Of a stretch of 64,000 nt of DNA, positions 1 through 10,974 are shown piece by piece. The notes beneath the pieces were generated by a model. It was not told the DNA's origin. It ran no database searches and saw only the letters and a program-made list of their open reading frames with translations. The stretch lies in the NCBI RefSeq assembly GCF_003018235.1, contig NZ_CP027437.1. One strand, written 5' to 3'. The position numbers were made by a program, and so were the translations under genes. Source of the stretch: Escherichia coli. GTDB taxonomy: Bacteria; Pseudomonadota; Gammaproteobacteria; Enterobacterales; Enterobacteriaceae. Each line of letters begins with the position of its first letter. Position 1 is the stretch's first letter.

Positions 1-114
1 CCTTTTCCGTCCTTAAATGAGGAGCAAATAGATTTCTCTATCCACTACAACAAATTCAGCCTGCGTGATCCCATCCTGCACGGGGTAATAGATGTTATCC
101 GTAATGCATTTTGA
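1..114 (+). CDS. Probable 3' end of an upstream gene truncated by the window edge (LysR-family regulator expected here by synteny)
   Basis: Frame 1 is open from base 1 to a TGA at 112-114; K-12 gene order places ybeF immediately upstream of lipA on the same strand. Not verified by homology. Confidence 0.3.
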   Translation, partial: PFPSLNEEQIDFSIHYNKFSLRDPILHGVIDVIRNAF

Positions 115-322
115 AAAAGTATTGTTACAGCCAGATCACAGCGAAGAGCGAAAAAATGGCACAATCCAACAACAATTTTACATTTTCGCGACCGCTTTGG
201 CTGCTTTCAGGTCCGTTTCAATGATATACTGCCAGTCGTTAATTCAAAAATAGTTGATAATTACAACAATCTATTGAATTGAAACGCTTTCCTTCGTAAT
301 TCGCAACTGGAACACGCACGCT

Positions 323-1288
323 ATGAGTAAACCCATTGTGATGGAACGCGGTGTTAAATACCGCGATGCCGATAAGATGGCCCTTATCCCGGTTAAAAAC
401 GTGGCAACAGAGCGCGAAGCCCTGCTGCGCAAGCCGGAATGGATGAAAATCAAGCTTCCAGCGGACTCTACACGTATCCAGGGCATCAAAGCCGCAATGC
501 GCAAAAATGGCCTGCATTCTGTCTGCGAGGAAGCCTCCTGCCCTAACCTGGCGGAATGCTTCAACCACGGCACAGCAACGTTTATGATCCTCGGCGCTAT
601 TTGTACCCGCCGTTGTCCGTTCTGTGACGTTGCCCACGGTCGCCCGGTAGCTCCGGATGCCAATGAACCAGTGAAACTGGCGCAGACCATTGCCGATATG
701 GCGCTGCGTTATGTGGTTATCACCTCCGTTGACCGTGATGACCTGCGCGATGGCGGTGCCCAGCACTTTGCGGATTGCATTACTGCCATTCGGGAAAAAA
801 GCCCGCAAATCAAAATTGAAACTCTGGTGCCGGATTTCCGCGGTCGTATGGATCGTGCTCTGGATATTCTGACCGCCACACCACCAGATGTGTTCAACCA
901 TAACCTGGAAAACGTACCGCGTATTTACCGTCAGGTACGGCCTGGTGCAGATTACAACTGGTCGCTGAAGCTGCTGGAACGCTTTAAAGAAGCGCATCCG
1001 GAAATCCCGACCAAGTCTGGTCTGATGGTGGGTCTGGGTGAAACCAATGAAGAAATTATTGAGGTAATGCGCGACCTGCGCCGTCATGGTGTGACGATGC
1101 TAACGCTGGGGCAATATTTGCAGCCAAGCCGCCATCACCTGCCGGTTCAACGTTACGTTAGCCCGGATGAGTTCGACGAAATGAAAGCCGAAGCGCTGGC
1201 GATGGGCTTTACCCATGCTGCATGCGGTCCGTTTGTCCGCTCGTCTTACCACGCCGATTTGCAGGCGAAAGGGATGGAAGTTAAGTAA
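323..1288 (+). CDS. lipA: Lipoyl synthase
   Basis: 321-aa ORF with radical-SAM CxxxCxxC (CPFCDVAHG) and N-terminal Cys cluster; full-length match to LipA. Confidence 0.97.
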
Positions 1289-1318
1289 TCCTGTAATAAT
1301 TACTTACATCTGTCTGAT

Positions 1319-1349
1319 AAAAAACCCGCTTTTTGAAGCGGGTTTTTTG
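1319..1349. terminator. Bidirectional rho-independent terminator between convergent lipA and tatE
   Basis: GC hairpin aaaaacccgctttttgaagcgggttttttg flanked by A and T runs. Confidence 0.6.
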
Positions 1350-1388
1350 TATCGAACAAGATATTGAGGGAGCGTCCTGCTCGCCACG

Positions 1389-1592
1389 TCACTCTTTATG
1401 AGAGAGCTTTTCAGCCTGAAGATCAACGTCTGCGCCTTTTTTCGCCGCAGCATCGTCATCATTCATCGCCTTCTTGAACCCTTTAATGGCCGCTCCAAGG
1501 TCTCCGCCCAGCGTACGTAACTTCTTAGTCCCAAACAGCAGAACGACCAGCGCCGCAACTACCAGCAGTTTGGTAATACTAATCTCACCCAT
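1389..1592 (-). CDS. tatE: Twin-arginine translocase subunit TatE
   Basis: 67-aa [29 protein letters not shown]... typical TatA/E family. Confidence 0.93.
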   Translation of the reverse strand: MGEISITKLLVVAALVVLLFGTKKLRTLGGDLGAAIKGFKKAMNDDDAAAKKGADVDLQAEKLSHKE

Positions 1593-1720
1593 AGATACCT
1601 TCTTGACATATAACCGGCAACAGAACGCGCCTTAAAAACCAGAGAATATTAACGGTCATTCGACGCGCGCACACAATAGCAATCTGTAACAAGGTGAATC
1701 AAGCGCCGAGTAAAAAAACA

Positions 1721-2515
1721 TCATAATAATTGCGGCGGCGCAAAGCGACGGTTGTTTAAGACGGGCAGTTGCGCGCGCACCTGACGCACACGTTCGGGCG
1801 TCACTTCCGCCATAATGAGTGCAGGCATTTCTGACGCTGCCGCAATGGTGACGCCAAAGGGATCTATAATCCGGCTTTGCCCGATATTTTTGTTCCCGCA
1901 CTCCCCCGCCGCCACCATATAACAGGTGGTATCCAGCGCACGAGCGGCAAGCAACGTTGACCAGTGATGCTCTTTGAGCGGCCCGCGAACCCAGGCGGCA
2001 GGAAGTACCAGGATTTCAGCTCCCTGTAATGCCTGTGCCAGCGCCAGCTCTGGAAAGCGTAAGTCATAACAGGTCATCAGACCGACCTTCATCCCTTCCA
2101 CCTCCAGTAACGGAGCTATTTCATTACCAGCATCAACATGGCGTGATTCCTGAATGGCAAATGCATCATAGAGATGCAGTTTGGCATAACGGGCGACGAT
2201 GTTTCCTGCCTGAAGTGCCACCAGCATATTCCATGCGCGCCCCGGCGTTGAAGGAACATGAATCGTCAGAATTGTCGTCATCATGTTACGTTTACTTTCT
2301 CGCCGTAAACGTCCGAGGAATTCGCCTTCCAGCAGCTGCGCTGATTTAACCGATAGATCTGCATCATGATCATCACGCGCCAACAATGCTTCCGGCAGGA
2401 CAAACAGCGAAACGTCGTTTTCCGCCGCCTGCGCCATCAACGAGGCACAAATCTCAGCGTTCTTTTCCCACACAGATGTAACAGCAAACTGTCCTGCGGC
2501 AACCAGCATTGCCAC
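1721..2515 (-). CDS. ybeM: C-N hydrolase (nitrilase superfamily) amidase, apparently intact
   Basis: Uninterrupted 264-aa ORF with nitrilase-fold features; position between tatE and crcB. Confidence 0.85.
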   Translation of the reverse strand: MAMLVAAGQFAVTSVWEKNAEICASLMAQAAENDVSLFVLPEALLARDDHDADLSVKSAQLLEGEFLGRLRRESKRNMMTTILTIHVPSTPGRAWNMLVALQAGNIVARYAKLHLYDAFAIQESRHVDAGNEIAPLLEVEGMKVGLMTCYDLRFPELALAQALQGAEILVLPAAWVRGPLKEHHWSTLLAARALDTTCYMVAAGECGNKNIGQSRIIDPFGVTIAAASEMPALIMAEVTPERVRQVRAQLPVLNNRRFAPPQLL

Positions 2516-2604
2516 CTCCTCCTGTCAGAGTCGTAAAATTCGCCAACGGCGATTATTCGGCGTTACACTTATCACTCATACAAATCAAATAGCAGGATTT
2601 TGCA

Positions 2605-2988
2605 GTGTTACAACTTCTTTTAGCAGTTTTTATTGGCGGTGGTACGGGAAGCGTGGCGAGATGGCTGTTAAGTATGCGATTTAACCCGCTGCATCAAGCG
2701 ATTCCGTTGGGGACGCTGGCTGCAAACCTGATTGGGGCATTCATCATAGGAATGGGATTCGCCTGGTTTAGCAGGATGACGAACATTGATCCAGTGTGGA
2801 AAGTATTAATCACCACCGGATTTTGTGGCGGTCTAACAACCTTCTCAACATTTTCGGCAGAAGTGGTGTTTTTGTTACAAGAGGGCCGCTTTGGCTGGGC
2901 GTTACTGAACGTTTTCGTCAACCTTTTGGGGTCTTTTGCCATGACCGCACTGGCTTTCTGGCTGTTTTCCGCCTCAACCGCACACTAA
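2605..2988 (+). CDS. crcB: Fluoride ion channel CrcB (Fluc)
   Basis: 127-aa hydrophobic ORF starting at GTG; matches CrcB. Confidence 0.93.
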
Positions 2989-2993
2989 AGACC

Positions 2994-3024
2994 AAAAAAA
3001 ACCCGCTGATTAAGCGGGTTTTGA
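2994..3024. terminator. Bidirectional terminator between convergent crcB and cspE
   Basis: aaaaaaa-acccgctgattaagcgggtt-ttg hairpin. Confidence 0.6.
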
Positions 3025-3041
3025 ATTCTTGCTGACGTATC

Positions 3042-3251
3042 TTACAGAGCGATTACGTTTGCAGCAGAAGGGCCTTTGGCACCGTTAGTGATTTCGAACT
3101 CTACGCGCTGACCTTCAGCAAGAGTTTTAAAACCATTAGTCTGGATTGCAGAGAAGTGTACGAACACGTCTTTGCTGCCGTCTTCCGGAGTAATGAAACC
3201 GAATCCTTTGGACTCATTAAACCACTTAACGTTACCTTTAATCTTAGACAT
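3042..3251 (-). CDS. cspE: Cold-shock-domain protein CspE
   Basis: ORF-track entry 3042..3335 trimmed to the ATG giving the 69-aa [20 protein letters not shown]... CspE sequence. Confidence 0.95.
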
Positions 3252-3425
3252 CAAAATTACCTTTACATGAAAAATAGACACAAATGCTGTGTCGGTTACC
3301 AGTACACCAATTGTGGTACGCTTTGTCCAGTGCAACTTTACTAAAAAGTGATAAAAGTCGCGTTATTTTTGATGTTAATTATTTTACTCATTGATTTTAA
3401 AGAGTTTACTAAAATTTCATTTGTC

Positions 3426-3986
3426 TCAAAACTGAAAGCGCATCCAGGCAAAGTACACATTGCCATTGTTATAGGTACCCGGAATGTAGGTCATCTGAAA
3501 AGTCACTGGACCATAACCCACAGAGGCCAATGGCAGTAGAACCGGGAGAGGGATGTAATTCCAGTTATCGCGTGCCGTTACGCCAGCGGTGAATCCCAGT
3601 CCTAAATGAAAATTTTCATCTGCCAGCGGTCGCCAGGTACTTTCCCATCCGTATCCGGCAATCGGTTCCCATTTGTTCCACGAGTCCTTAAATGCCATGG
3701 CATACAGGCCATGCCAGTTTCCTTTTTCATCCCATCGCGACTGACCAAAACCGCCCCCCCACGGTCGCTCGTTATAGCGATCGGTTTTTTCTTTGTCGTA
3801 AGCGAAACGTGCATGCCAGGTGATGGCAGGAATATATAAATCATAATGTTCAGGCTGTTGCCAGGTTTGTGCAATATTTTCTCTAAACGTTGTCATCCAC
3901 TCATCTGCGTTAGCAAAAACTTTACCAACGCTGATTAACTGAATAAAAACAAAGGAAAAGATAGCGACATATTTACTCACGTTCAT
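3426..3986 (-). CDS. pagP: Lipid A palmitoyltransferase PagP
   Basis: ORF trimmed to [14 protein letters not shown]... (186 aa), outer-membrane beta-barrel PagP. Confidence 0.93.
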   Translation of the reverse strand: MNVSKYVAIFSFVFIQLISVGKVFANADEWMTTFRENIAQTWQQPEHYDLYIPAITWHARFAYDKEKTDRYNERPWGGGFGQSRWDEKGNWHGLYAMAFKDSWNKWEPIAGYGWESTWRPLADENFHLGLGFTAGVTARDNWNYIPLPVLLPLASVGYGPVTFQMTYIPGTYNNGNVYFAWMRFQF

Positions 3987-4473
3987 TTGTGACCATAAAA
4001 CATTTATCAAAAATCTACTACTAGCATAGCAAAGCTACAATTAACATAACCTTAATAGCCCCAACATAAAGAACAATCTGAATAGCTGCTCTATTTATTT
4101 CCGCTTGTTTAAGTTAAATATTTCCGCGCATCGATTAAAGATGATGCGTCGTTTTCTGCGATGGGAATAGTCAAAAAAGAAAAACCAAGTCTTTTTTGAT
4201 GACAAAATGCAACCAAGAAAAAATTACTTTATTTTTTAATGAGATACAAAAAAAATTCCTTAACGAAAAATATATTATATATCGTCAACCCATGATCATG
4301 GTAGATTATTTTTTGAGCGCACACCCGCGGCTAACACCATTGCAATTAACAAATTTGCATCAATCCACCATCAATTTACACACATTATTATGTGATAATT
4401 GCCAACCGCTAAATATGCGTTTTGTTATCTATGTATAAAAACAGCAACTTCAATGTCTTAATGGCAGTTTTTC

Positions 4474-4487
4474 TTGATTTTAATCAG
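4474..4487 (+). promoter_or_regulatory. Putative FNR box upstream of dcuC
   Basis: TTGAT-TTTA-ATCAG, near-consensus TTGATnnnnATCAA, about 90 bp upstream of the dcuC ATG; dcuC is known to be anaerobically induced. Confidence 0.4.
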
Positions 4488-4576
4488 CATTCACCGCCAA
4501 TTTATTGGGCATATTTTTTCCTTAAGCTTTAGGAATTTTTTATTATTTACTTTGGGGCCTGGAGACAGGAAAAATT

Positions 4577-5962
4577 ATGCTGACATTCATTGAACTCCTT
4601 ATTGGGGTTGTGGTTATTGTGGGTGTAGCTCGCTACATCATTAAAGGGTATTCCGCCACTGGCGTGTTATTTGTCGGTGGCCTGTTATTGCTGATTATCA
4701 GTGCCATTATGGGGCACAAAGTGTTACCGTCCAGCCAGGCTTCAACAGGCTACAGCGCCACGGATATCGTTGAATACGTTAAAATATTGCTAATGAGCCG
4801 CGGCGGCGACCTCGGCATGATGATTATGATGCTGTGTGGCTTTGCCGCTTACATGACCCATATCGGCGCTAATGATATGGTGGTCAAGCTGGCGTCAAAA
4901 CCATTGCAGTATATTAACTCCCCTTACCTGCTGATGATTGCCGCCTATTTTGTCGCCTGTCTGATGTCTCTGGCCGTCTCTTCCGCGACCGGTCTGGGTG
5001 TTTTGCTGATGGCAACCCTGTTTCCGGTGATGGTAAACGTTGGTATCAGCCGTGGTGCAGCTGCTGCTATTTGTGCCTCCCCGGCGGCGATTATTCTCGC
5101 ACCGACTTCAGGGGATGTGGTGCTGGCGGCGCAGGCTTCCGAAATGTCGCTGATTGACTTCGCCTTCAAAACAACGCTGCCTATCTCAATTGCTGCAATT
5201 ATCGGCATGGCAATCGCCCACTTCTTCTGGCAACGTTATCTGGATAAAAAAGAACACATCTCTCATGAAATGTTAGATGTCAGTGAAATCACCACCACTG
5301 CCCCTGCGTTTTATGCCATTTTGCCGTTCACGCCGATCATCGGAGTGCTGATTTTTGACGGCAAATGGGGTCCGCAATTACACATCATCACTATTCTGGT
5401 GATTTGTATGCTGATTGCCTCCATTCTGGAGTTCATCCGCAGCTTTAATACCCAGAAAGTTTTCTCTGGTCTGGAAGTGGCTTATCGCGGGATGGCAGAT
5501 GCATTTGCAAACGTGGTGATGCTGCTGGTTGCCGCTGGGGTATTCGCTCAGGGGCTTAGCACCATCGGCTTTATTCAAAGTCTGATTTCTATCGCTACCT
5601 CGTTTGGTTCGGCGAGCATCATCCTGATGCTGGTATTGGTGATCCTGACAATGCTGGCGGCAGTCACGACCGGTTCAGGCAATGCGCCGTTTTATGCGTT
5701 TGTTGAGATGATCCCGAAACTGGCGCACTCTTCCGGCATTAACCCGGCGTATTTGACTATCCCAATGCTGCAGGCGTCAAACCTCGGCCGTACCCTGTCA
5801 CCCGTTTCTGGCGTAGTCGTTGCGGTTGCCGGGATGGCGAAAATCTCACCATTTGAAGTCGTAAAACGCACCTCGGTGCCGGTGCTTGTTGGGCTGGTGA
5901 TTGTTATCGTTGCTACAGAGCTGATGGTGCCAGGAACGGCAGCCGCGGTCACAGGCAAGTAA
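4577..5962 (+). CDS. dcuC: Anaerobic C4-dicarboxylate transporter DcuC
   Basis: 461-aa polytopic membrane ORF, full-length DcuC match. Confidence 0.95.
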   Translation: MLTFIELLIGVVVIVGVARYIIKGYSATGVLFVGGLLLLIISAIMGHKVLPSSQASTGYSATDIVEYVKILLMSRGGDLGMMIMMLCGFAAYMTHIGANDMVVKLASKPLQYINSPYLLMIAAYFVACLMSLAVSSATGLGVLLMATLFPVMVNVGISRGAAAAICASPAAIILAPTSGDVVLAAQASEMSLIDFAFKTTLPISIAAIIGMAIAHFFWQRYLDKKEHISHEMLDVSEITTTAPAFYAILPFTPIIGVLIFDGKWGPQLHIITILVICMLIASILEFIRSFNTQKVFSGLEVAYRGMADAFANVVMLLVAAGVFAQGLSTIGFIQSLISIATSFGSASIILMLVLVILTMLAAVTTGSGNAPFYAFVEMIPKLAHSSGINPAYLTIPMLQASNLGRTLSPVSGVVVAVAGMAKISPFEVVKRTSVPVLVGLVIVIVATELMVPGTAAAVTGK

Positions 5963-5968
5963 ATAGTC

Positions 5969-5999
5969 ATGCCGGAGGCAAGTTTCCTCCGGCTTTATC
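5969..5999. terminator. Bidirectional terminator between convergent dcuC and dpiA
   Basis: gccggaggcaagtttcctccggc hairpin followed by tttat. Confidence 0.55.
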
Positions 6000-6002
6000 A
6001 TG

Positions 6003-6683
6003 TCACCCACTGTGGTATATGCGTTGCGGTCTGCCAACTTTGCCGTGAACAATTTCAGCAATAATCAGATGGCGGCTGGCGCAATATTCAAGATAACGTC
6101 TGGCAGTGGTGCGGCTGATAGTCAGTGCCTGCGCCACCGTTTCTGCCGTATGTTGCACACCAGGCTCTTTAAACAGTTTTCGCACTGCGTTTAGCGTCAA
6201 GGGGTCAATGCCGGTCGGCAGTTCGTCTTTGGGTTCACCGCGAGCATAGGCATTAAACATCTCATCAATTTGCTTCTGGCTGGCGCTATCAATACTTTCC
6301 AGCATATGTTTACGCTGGCGGAAGCGGGTTAGCGTTTGCCCCAGCCGTTCATAGGCAATTGGCTTAATGAGATAATCAAATACACCACAACGTACGGCTT
6401 CAGACACCGTTTCCATATCACTGGCTGCAGTGGTAAACACCACGTCGCCGGGATAATGCGCCTGCACCAGTTCATGCAGTAAATTAATCCCTCTACCGTC
6501 AGGAAGATAGTTATCAAGCAAGATTAGCCCCGGCTTAAAACGCTCGATCATCATTCGGGCCTGCGCCAGGTTTCCCGCCAGTAATATCTGACTGAATCCG
6601 GGAATGTGACGAATATATTCCGCATGCATCTCTGCCAGCGGCGTTTCGTCCTCAACGATCAATAGGGTTAATGGAGCTGTCAT
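6003..6683 (-). CDS. dpiA: Two-component response regulator DpiA (CitB)
   Basis: 226-aa ORF with receiver domain (LIVEDE...D) and C-terminal HTH. Confidence 0.93.
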   Translation of the reverse strand: MTAPLTLLIVEDETPLAEMHAEYIRHIPGFSQILLAGNLAQARMMIERFKPGLILLDNYLPDGRGINLLHELVQAHYPGDVVFTTAASDMETVSEAVRCGVFDYLIKPIAYERLGQTLTRFRQRKHMLESIDSASQKQIDEMFNAYARGEPKDELPTGIDPLTLNAVRKLFKEPGVQHTAETVAQALTISRTTARRYLEYCASRHLIIAEIVHGKVGRPQRIYHSG

Positions 6684-8310
6684 TAGGTTTCACTTTCGGA
6701 ATATAGATTGAAAATAAGGTACCGCAGGGATCATTATCTTCGAGAGTGATAACACCACCGCAGCGCGTTACGTAGCTGGCAATCAAGTACAACCCAATGC
6801 CATGTTCGCCGGGCTCGTCAGCACGCGTACTGACACCCTGCTCAAATATTTTGTCTCGTAGAGACTCTGGAACGCCGCAGCCCTGATCGGCGACTTCAAT
6901 CACCACATCATCGCCTTCATCGCTGAGGAATAATTCAACGATCTTGTTTCCTTCATCGCTACGCAGGCTGGCTTCGAAGGCGTTATCAAGTAAATTGCCC
7001 ACAATGGCTGCAAACTCGGTGCTGTCCAGTCCTGGCGGCAGTTGCGAAAGCTGACTTCCGGGGACGATGACCATTTTTAGCCCCAGTTCGCGGGCGCGCT
7101 GCACTTTACCAAAAAGCAGCCCCGCCACCTGGCGATCGGCAAACGCCTCGCGCAGGCTATCAATAAGCTGTTGCTGGGCCTGAGACTCCCCCTGCACCAT
7201 CGCCAACACGCGATCATACTCTTTCATCTGCAACAGACCATTGAGCGTCGACATCCAATTGAGATGCTCGTGTCGCAATGTGCGCAGGCTCTCGACGTAT
7301 TGTTTAATTTGCGTCAGTTGCGCATTGAGGGTGGATATTTCGTCTTTACTACGAAAGCTGATAATGGCCCCCAGCAAATCATCACCAGAACGAATAGCTT
7401 CCCGGTTGGCAATAACGCTCAGACCGTTAAAGTTCGCCACCACATCCTGACGTTTTTCATCAATCTGTTCGGTAAAGAAATCGGCGGGCCTGACCACTTC
7501 AGCAATGGGTTTACCCAACCATTGCCGTCCGGGGGAACTCAGACCCAGCATCTTTCTTGCGTTACGATTGATGGCGGTAATGTAACCATGCGGATCCACC
7601 GCAATGAGCCCTTCATAAACCGAACTAAACAGCGCCTCTTGCTGACGGACCACGCGTGCGATTTGCTTTGGCTCCATGCCCATCATCTGCCGACGGATAT
7701 GCGCGGCCAGGAACCACGATAGCAACATCAGAATCCCTAACAGCACGACAAACACGCCAGCCATCGGTAATAAAAACTCAGCCCGCCAGCTATCGATTTT
7801 ACTCACCAGGTAGCCAATCGACACCACGCCGATGACTTTTCCATCGTCATCAAAGATTGGCGTTTTGGCACGCATCGCCATGCCAATTGACCCTTTCCCG
7901 GTGATGAAGTAGCTCTCCCCTTTCTCCAGCGCGCCCGGTTTGGTGAACTGCATAGGATAACCAATTTTCTCCGGATTAGGATGGTAAAGACGAATCGAGT
8001 GGCGATCGCCAATCACCACATAATCGAAATCAGTATCTCTTTGTAATTTATCAGCGATGGTCGCCAGCCTCTTGTAGTCACGCGTTTTCACTGCGCTGAT
8101 GATACTGTCATTAGAAGCAATAATTTTTGCCTGATTCATTGCCATGTCGCGCACATGAAGCGTTAAATAGTCCTCAAAACTGGCCGTAAAATATTGCGCC
8201 AGGGCTGCAATGACAAATATTGAGAACACCAGAATCAGCAAAAAGATACGCAGCGGAAATGCCAGTCTTTGGAAAAATGCAAACTGTTTATTCTCGTTAA
8301 GCTGCAACAT
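6652..8310 (-). CDS. dpiB: Sensor histidine kinase DpiB (CitA)
   Basis: ORF-track 572 aa trimmed to MLQLNENKQF... (552 aa); periplasmic citrate-sensing domain plus HATPase; 32-nt overlap with dpiA. Confidence 0.92.
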   Translation of the reverse strand: MLQLNENKQFAFFQRLAFPLRIFLLILVFSIFVIAALAQYFTASFEDYLTLHVRDMAMNQAKIIASNDSIISAVKTRDYKRLATIADKLQRDTDFDYVVIGDRHSIRLYHPNPEKIGYPMQFTKPGALEKGESYFITGKGSIGMAMRAKTPIFDDDGKVIGVVSIGYLVSKIDSWRAEFLLPMAGVFVVLLGILMLLSWFLAAHIRRQMMGMEPKQIARVVRQQEALFSSVYEGLIAVDPHGYITAINRNARKMLGLSSPGRQWLGKPIAEVVRPADFFTEQIDEKRQDVVANFNGLSVIANREAIRSGDDLLGAIISFRSKDEISTLNAQLTQIKQYVESLRTLRHEHLNWMSTLNGLLQMKEYDRVLAMVQGESQAQQQLIDSLREAFADRQVAGLLFGKVQRARELGLKMVIVPGSQLSQLPPGLDSTEFAAIVGNLLDNAFEASLRSDEGNKIVELFLSDEGDDVVIEVADQGCGVPESLRDKIFEQGVSTRADEPGEHGIGLYLIASYVTRCGGVITLEDNDPCGTLFSIYIPKVKPNDSSINPIDR

Positions 8311-8689
8311 TGTTTTCCTTGCGGGTTGTCCCGAGCCTCTTTGACGAATGTAATTAAAATGTTGAATCAAAATACATAGATATTAAATATAATCGTGGCA
8401 AATTTTATTCATTAAATCAATTAAATCACTTAAAACTGCGGGTCATTTCGTAATTACATTAATTAAAAAACTTAAAACCATTAAATAAATAAAAAACCAC
8501 TAACTCTATGTGAAATAAATCAAAATTTCACGCTGCAATACTCCTTAGGATGTATAGCGAAAGGAGAAAAAGATATACCTCGATCGCCCCCCTTTCTCCC
8601 AAGTAAAAATAAAAGGTTATCAGTTTGCAACATCGAACAACATTCGTTGCAAATCGATAACAACATGCACCTTCAGGATACTATTTATT

Positions 8690-9748
8690 ATGTTCGGCAA
8701 TGATATTTTCACCCGTGTAAAACGTTCAGAAAATAAAAAAATGGCGGAAATCGCCCAATTCCTGCATGAAAATGATTTGAGCGTTGACACCACAGTCGAA
8801 GTATTTATTACCGTAACCCGCGATGAAAAGCTTATCGCGTGCGGTGGAATTGCCGGAAATATTATTAAATGCGTTGCTATCAGTGAATCCGTTCGCGGTG
8901 AAGGACTGGCGCTGACATTAGCCACCGAGCTAATTAACCTCGCCTATGAGCGGCACAGCACGCATCTGTTTATTTATACCAAAACCGAATACGAGGCGCT
9001 GTTCCGCCAGTGCGGTTTTTCCACGCTGACCAGCGTACCCGGCGTGATGGTGCTGATGGAAAACAGCGCCACGCGACTGAAACGCTATGCCGAATCGCTG
9101 AAAAAATTTCGTCATCCAGGGAACAAGATTGGCTGCATTGTGATGAACGCCAATCCCTTTACGAATGGTCACCGTTATCTGATTCAACAGGCTGCAGCAC
9201 AGTGCGACTGGTTGCATCTGTTTTTAGTTAAAGAAGATTCTTCACGCTTTCCCTATGAAGACCGGCTGGATCTGGTGTTAAAAGGCACCGCCGATATTCC
9301 ACGCCTGACTGTGCATCGCGGCTCCGAATACATCATCTCCCGCGCTACGTTCCCTTGCTACTTCATTAAAGAACAGAGCGTCATTAACCATTGTTACACC
9401 GAAATTGATCTGAAGATTTTCCGTCAGTACCTCGCTCCCGCGCTGGGTGTAACTCACCGCTTTGTCGGTACTGAACCCTTTTGTCGCGTTACCGCCCAGT
9501 ACAACCAGGATATGCGCTACTGGCTGGAAACGCCGACTATCTCCGCACCGCCCATCGAACTGGTTGAAATTGAGCGGCTGCGTTACCAGGAGATGCCGAT
9601 ATCCGCTTCCCGGGTACGTCAACTGCTGGCGAAAAACGATCTCACGGCTATCGCGCCGCTGGTCCCTGCAGTCACGCTGCATTATTTGCAGAACCTGCTT
9701 GAGCACTCCCGCCAGGACGCGGCAGCTCGTCAAAAGACCCCCGCATGA
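8690..9748 (+). CDS. citC: [Citrate (pro-3S)-lyase] ligase CitC
   Basis: 352-aa ORF, full-length CitC match. Confidence 0.93.
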   Translation: MFGNDIFTRVKRSENKKMAEIAQFLHENDLSVDTTVEVFITVTRDEKLIACGGIAGNIIKCVAISESVRGEGLALTLATELINLAYERHSTHLFIYTKTEYEALFRQCGFSTLTSVPGVMVLMENSATRLKRYAESLKKFRHPGNKIGCIVMNANPFTNGHRYLIQQAAAQCDWLHLFLVKEDSSRFPYEDRLDLVLKGTADIPRLTVHRGSEYIISRATFPCYFIKEQSVINHCYTEIDLKIFRQYLAPALGVTHRFVGTEPFCRVTAQYNQDMRYWLETPTISAPPIELVEIERLRYQEMPISASRVRQLLAKNDLTAIAPLVPAVTLHYLQNLLEHSRQDAAARQKTPA

Positions 9749-9762
9749 GAAACAGGTGAAAA

Positions 9763-10059
9763 ATGAAAATAAACCAGCCCGCCGTTGCAGGCACCCTTGA
9801 GTCTGGGGATGTGATGATACGCATCGCCCCACTCGATACGCAGGATATCGACCTGCAAATCAACAGCAGCGTTGAGAAACAGTTTGGCGATGCCATTCGC
9901 ACCACCATTCTGGACGTTCTCGCCCGCTACAACGTGCGCGGCGTACAGCTGAATGTCGATGACAAAGGCGCACTGGACTGCATTTTACGTGCACGACTGG
10001 AAGCCCTGCTGGCACGCGCCAGCGGTATCCCGGCTCTGCCATGGGAGGATTGCCAATGA
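9763..10059 (+). CDS. citD: Citrate lyase acyl carrier protein (gamma subunit) CitD
   Basis: 98-aa [23 protein letters not shown]... Confidence 0.93.
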
Positions 10060-10964
10060 TTTCCGCTTCGCTGCAACAACGTAAAACTCGCACCCGCCGC
10101 AGCATGTTGTTTGTGCCTGGTGCCAATGCCGCGATGGTCAGCAACTCCTTCATCTACCCGGCTGATGCCCTGATGTTTGACCTCGAAGACTCCGTGGCTT
10201 TGCGTGAAAAAGACACCGCCCGCCGCATGGTTTACCACGCGCTGCAACATCCGCTGTATCGCGATATTGAAACCATTGTGCGTGTCAACGCGCTGGATTC
10301 CGAATGGGGTGTCAACGACCTGGAAGCCGTCGTTCGCGGTGGTGCGGACGTTGTGCGTCTGCCGAAAACCGATACCGCTCAGGATGTTCTGGATATCGAA
10401 AAAGAGATCCTGCGTATCGAAAAAGCCTGTGGTCGTGAACCCGGCAGCACCGGCCTGCTGGCGGCGATTGAATCTCCGCTGGGGATTACCCGCGCAGTGG
10501 AAATCGCTCACGCTTCCGAGCGTTTGATCGGTATCGCCCTCGGTGCAGAAGACTATGTGCGCAACCTGCGTACAGAACGCTCCCCGGAAGGAACTGAACT
10601 GCTGTTCGCTCGCTGCTCCATTTTGCAGGCCGCGCGCTCTGCGGGTATTCAGGCGTTCGATACCGTCTATTCCGACGCTAACAACGAAGCCGGATTCCTG
10701 CAAGAAGCCGCCCACATCAAACAGCTGGGCTTTGACGGCAAATCGCTGATCAACCCGCGTCAGATTGATCTGCTGCACAACCTCTACGCACCGACCCAGA
10801 AAGAAGTGGATCACGCCCGCCGCGTCGTAGAAGCCGCTGAAGCCGCCGCTCGCGAAGGCCTCGGCGTAGTTTCCCTGAACGGCAAGATGGTGGACGGTCC
10901 GGTTATCGATCGCGCCCGTCTGGTGCTCTCCCGCGCAGAACTTTCCGGCATCCGCGAAGAATAA
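10056..10964 (+). CDS. citE: Citrate lyase beta subunit (citryl-ACP lyase) CitE
   Basis: Trimmed to the ATG at 10056 ([10 protein letters not shown]...), 302 aa; ATGA overlap with the citD stop. Confidence 0.93.
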
Positions 10965-10974
10965 GGCAATCAAA

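Noticed and set aside
239-1087. 282-aa ORF on the minus strand
   Set aside because: Lies entirely antisense within lipA, whose product is a full-length match to lipoyl synthase; an antisense frame artefact.
2520-2604. Possible fluoride riboswitch (crcB motif) upstream of crcB
   Set aside because: I could not find the conserved crcB-motif sequence or pseudoknot elements by eye in this 85-bp leader, and the gene starts at a GTG very close to the divergent ybeM start.
4196-4438. 80-aa ORF in the pagP-dcuC intergenic region
   Set aside because: Extremely AT-rich, no Shine-Dalgarno, low-complexity composition; typical spurious ORF in an AT-rich promoter region.
6652-8370. ORF-track 5' extensions of dpiB and other genes (cspE, pagP, citE, rna, uspG, ahpF, dsbG, ybdO, entA, entC, fepC, fepE, ybdZ, fepA, ybdF, nfsB, ybdG, pheP)
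   Set aside because: Each was trimmed to the internal start codon that reproduces the known N-terminus and has a better-placed Shine-Dalgarno.
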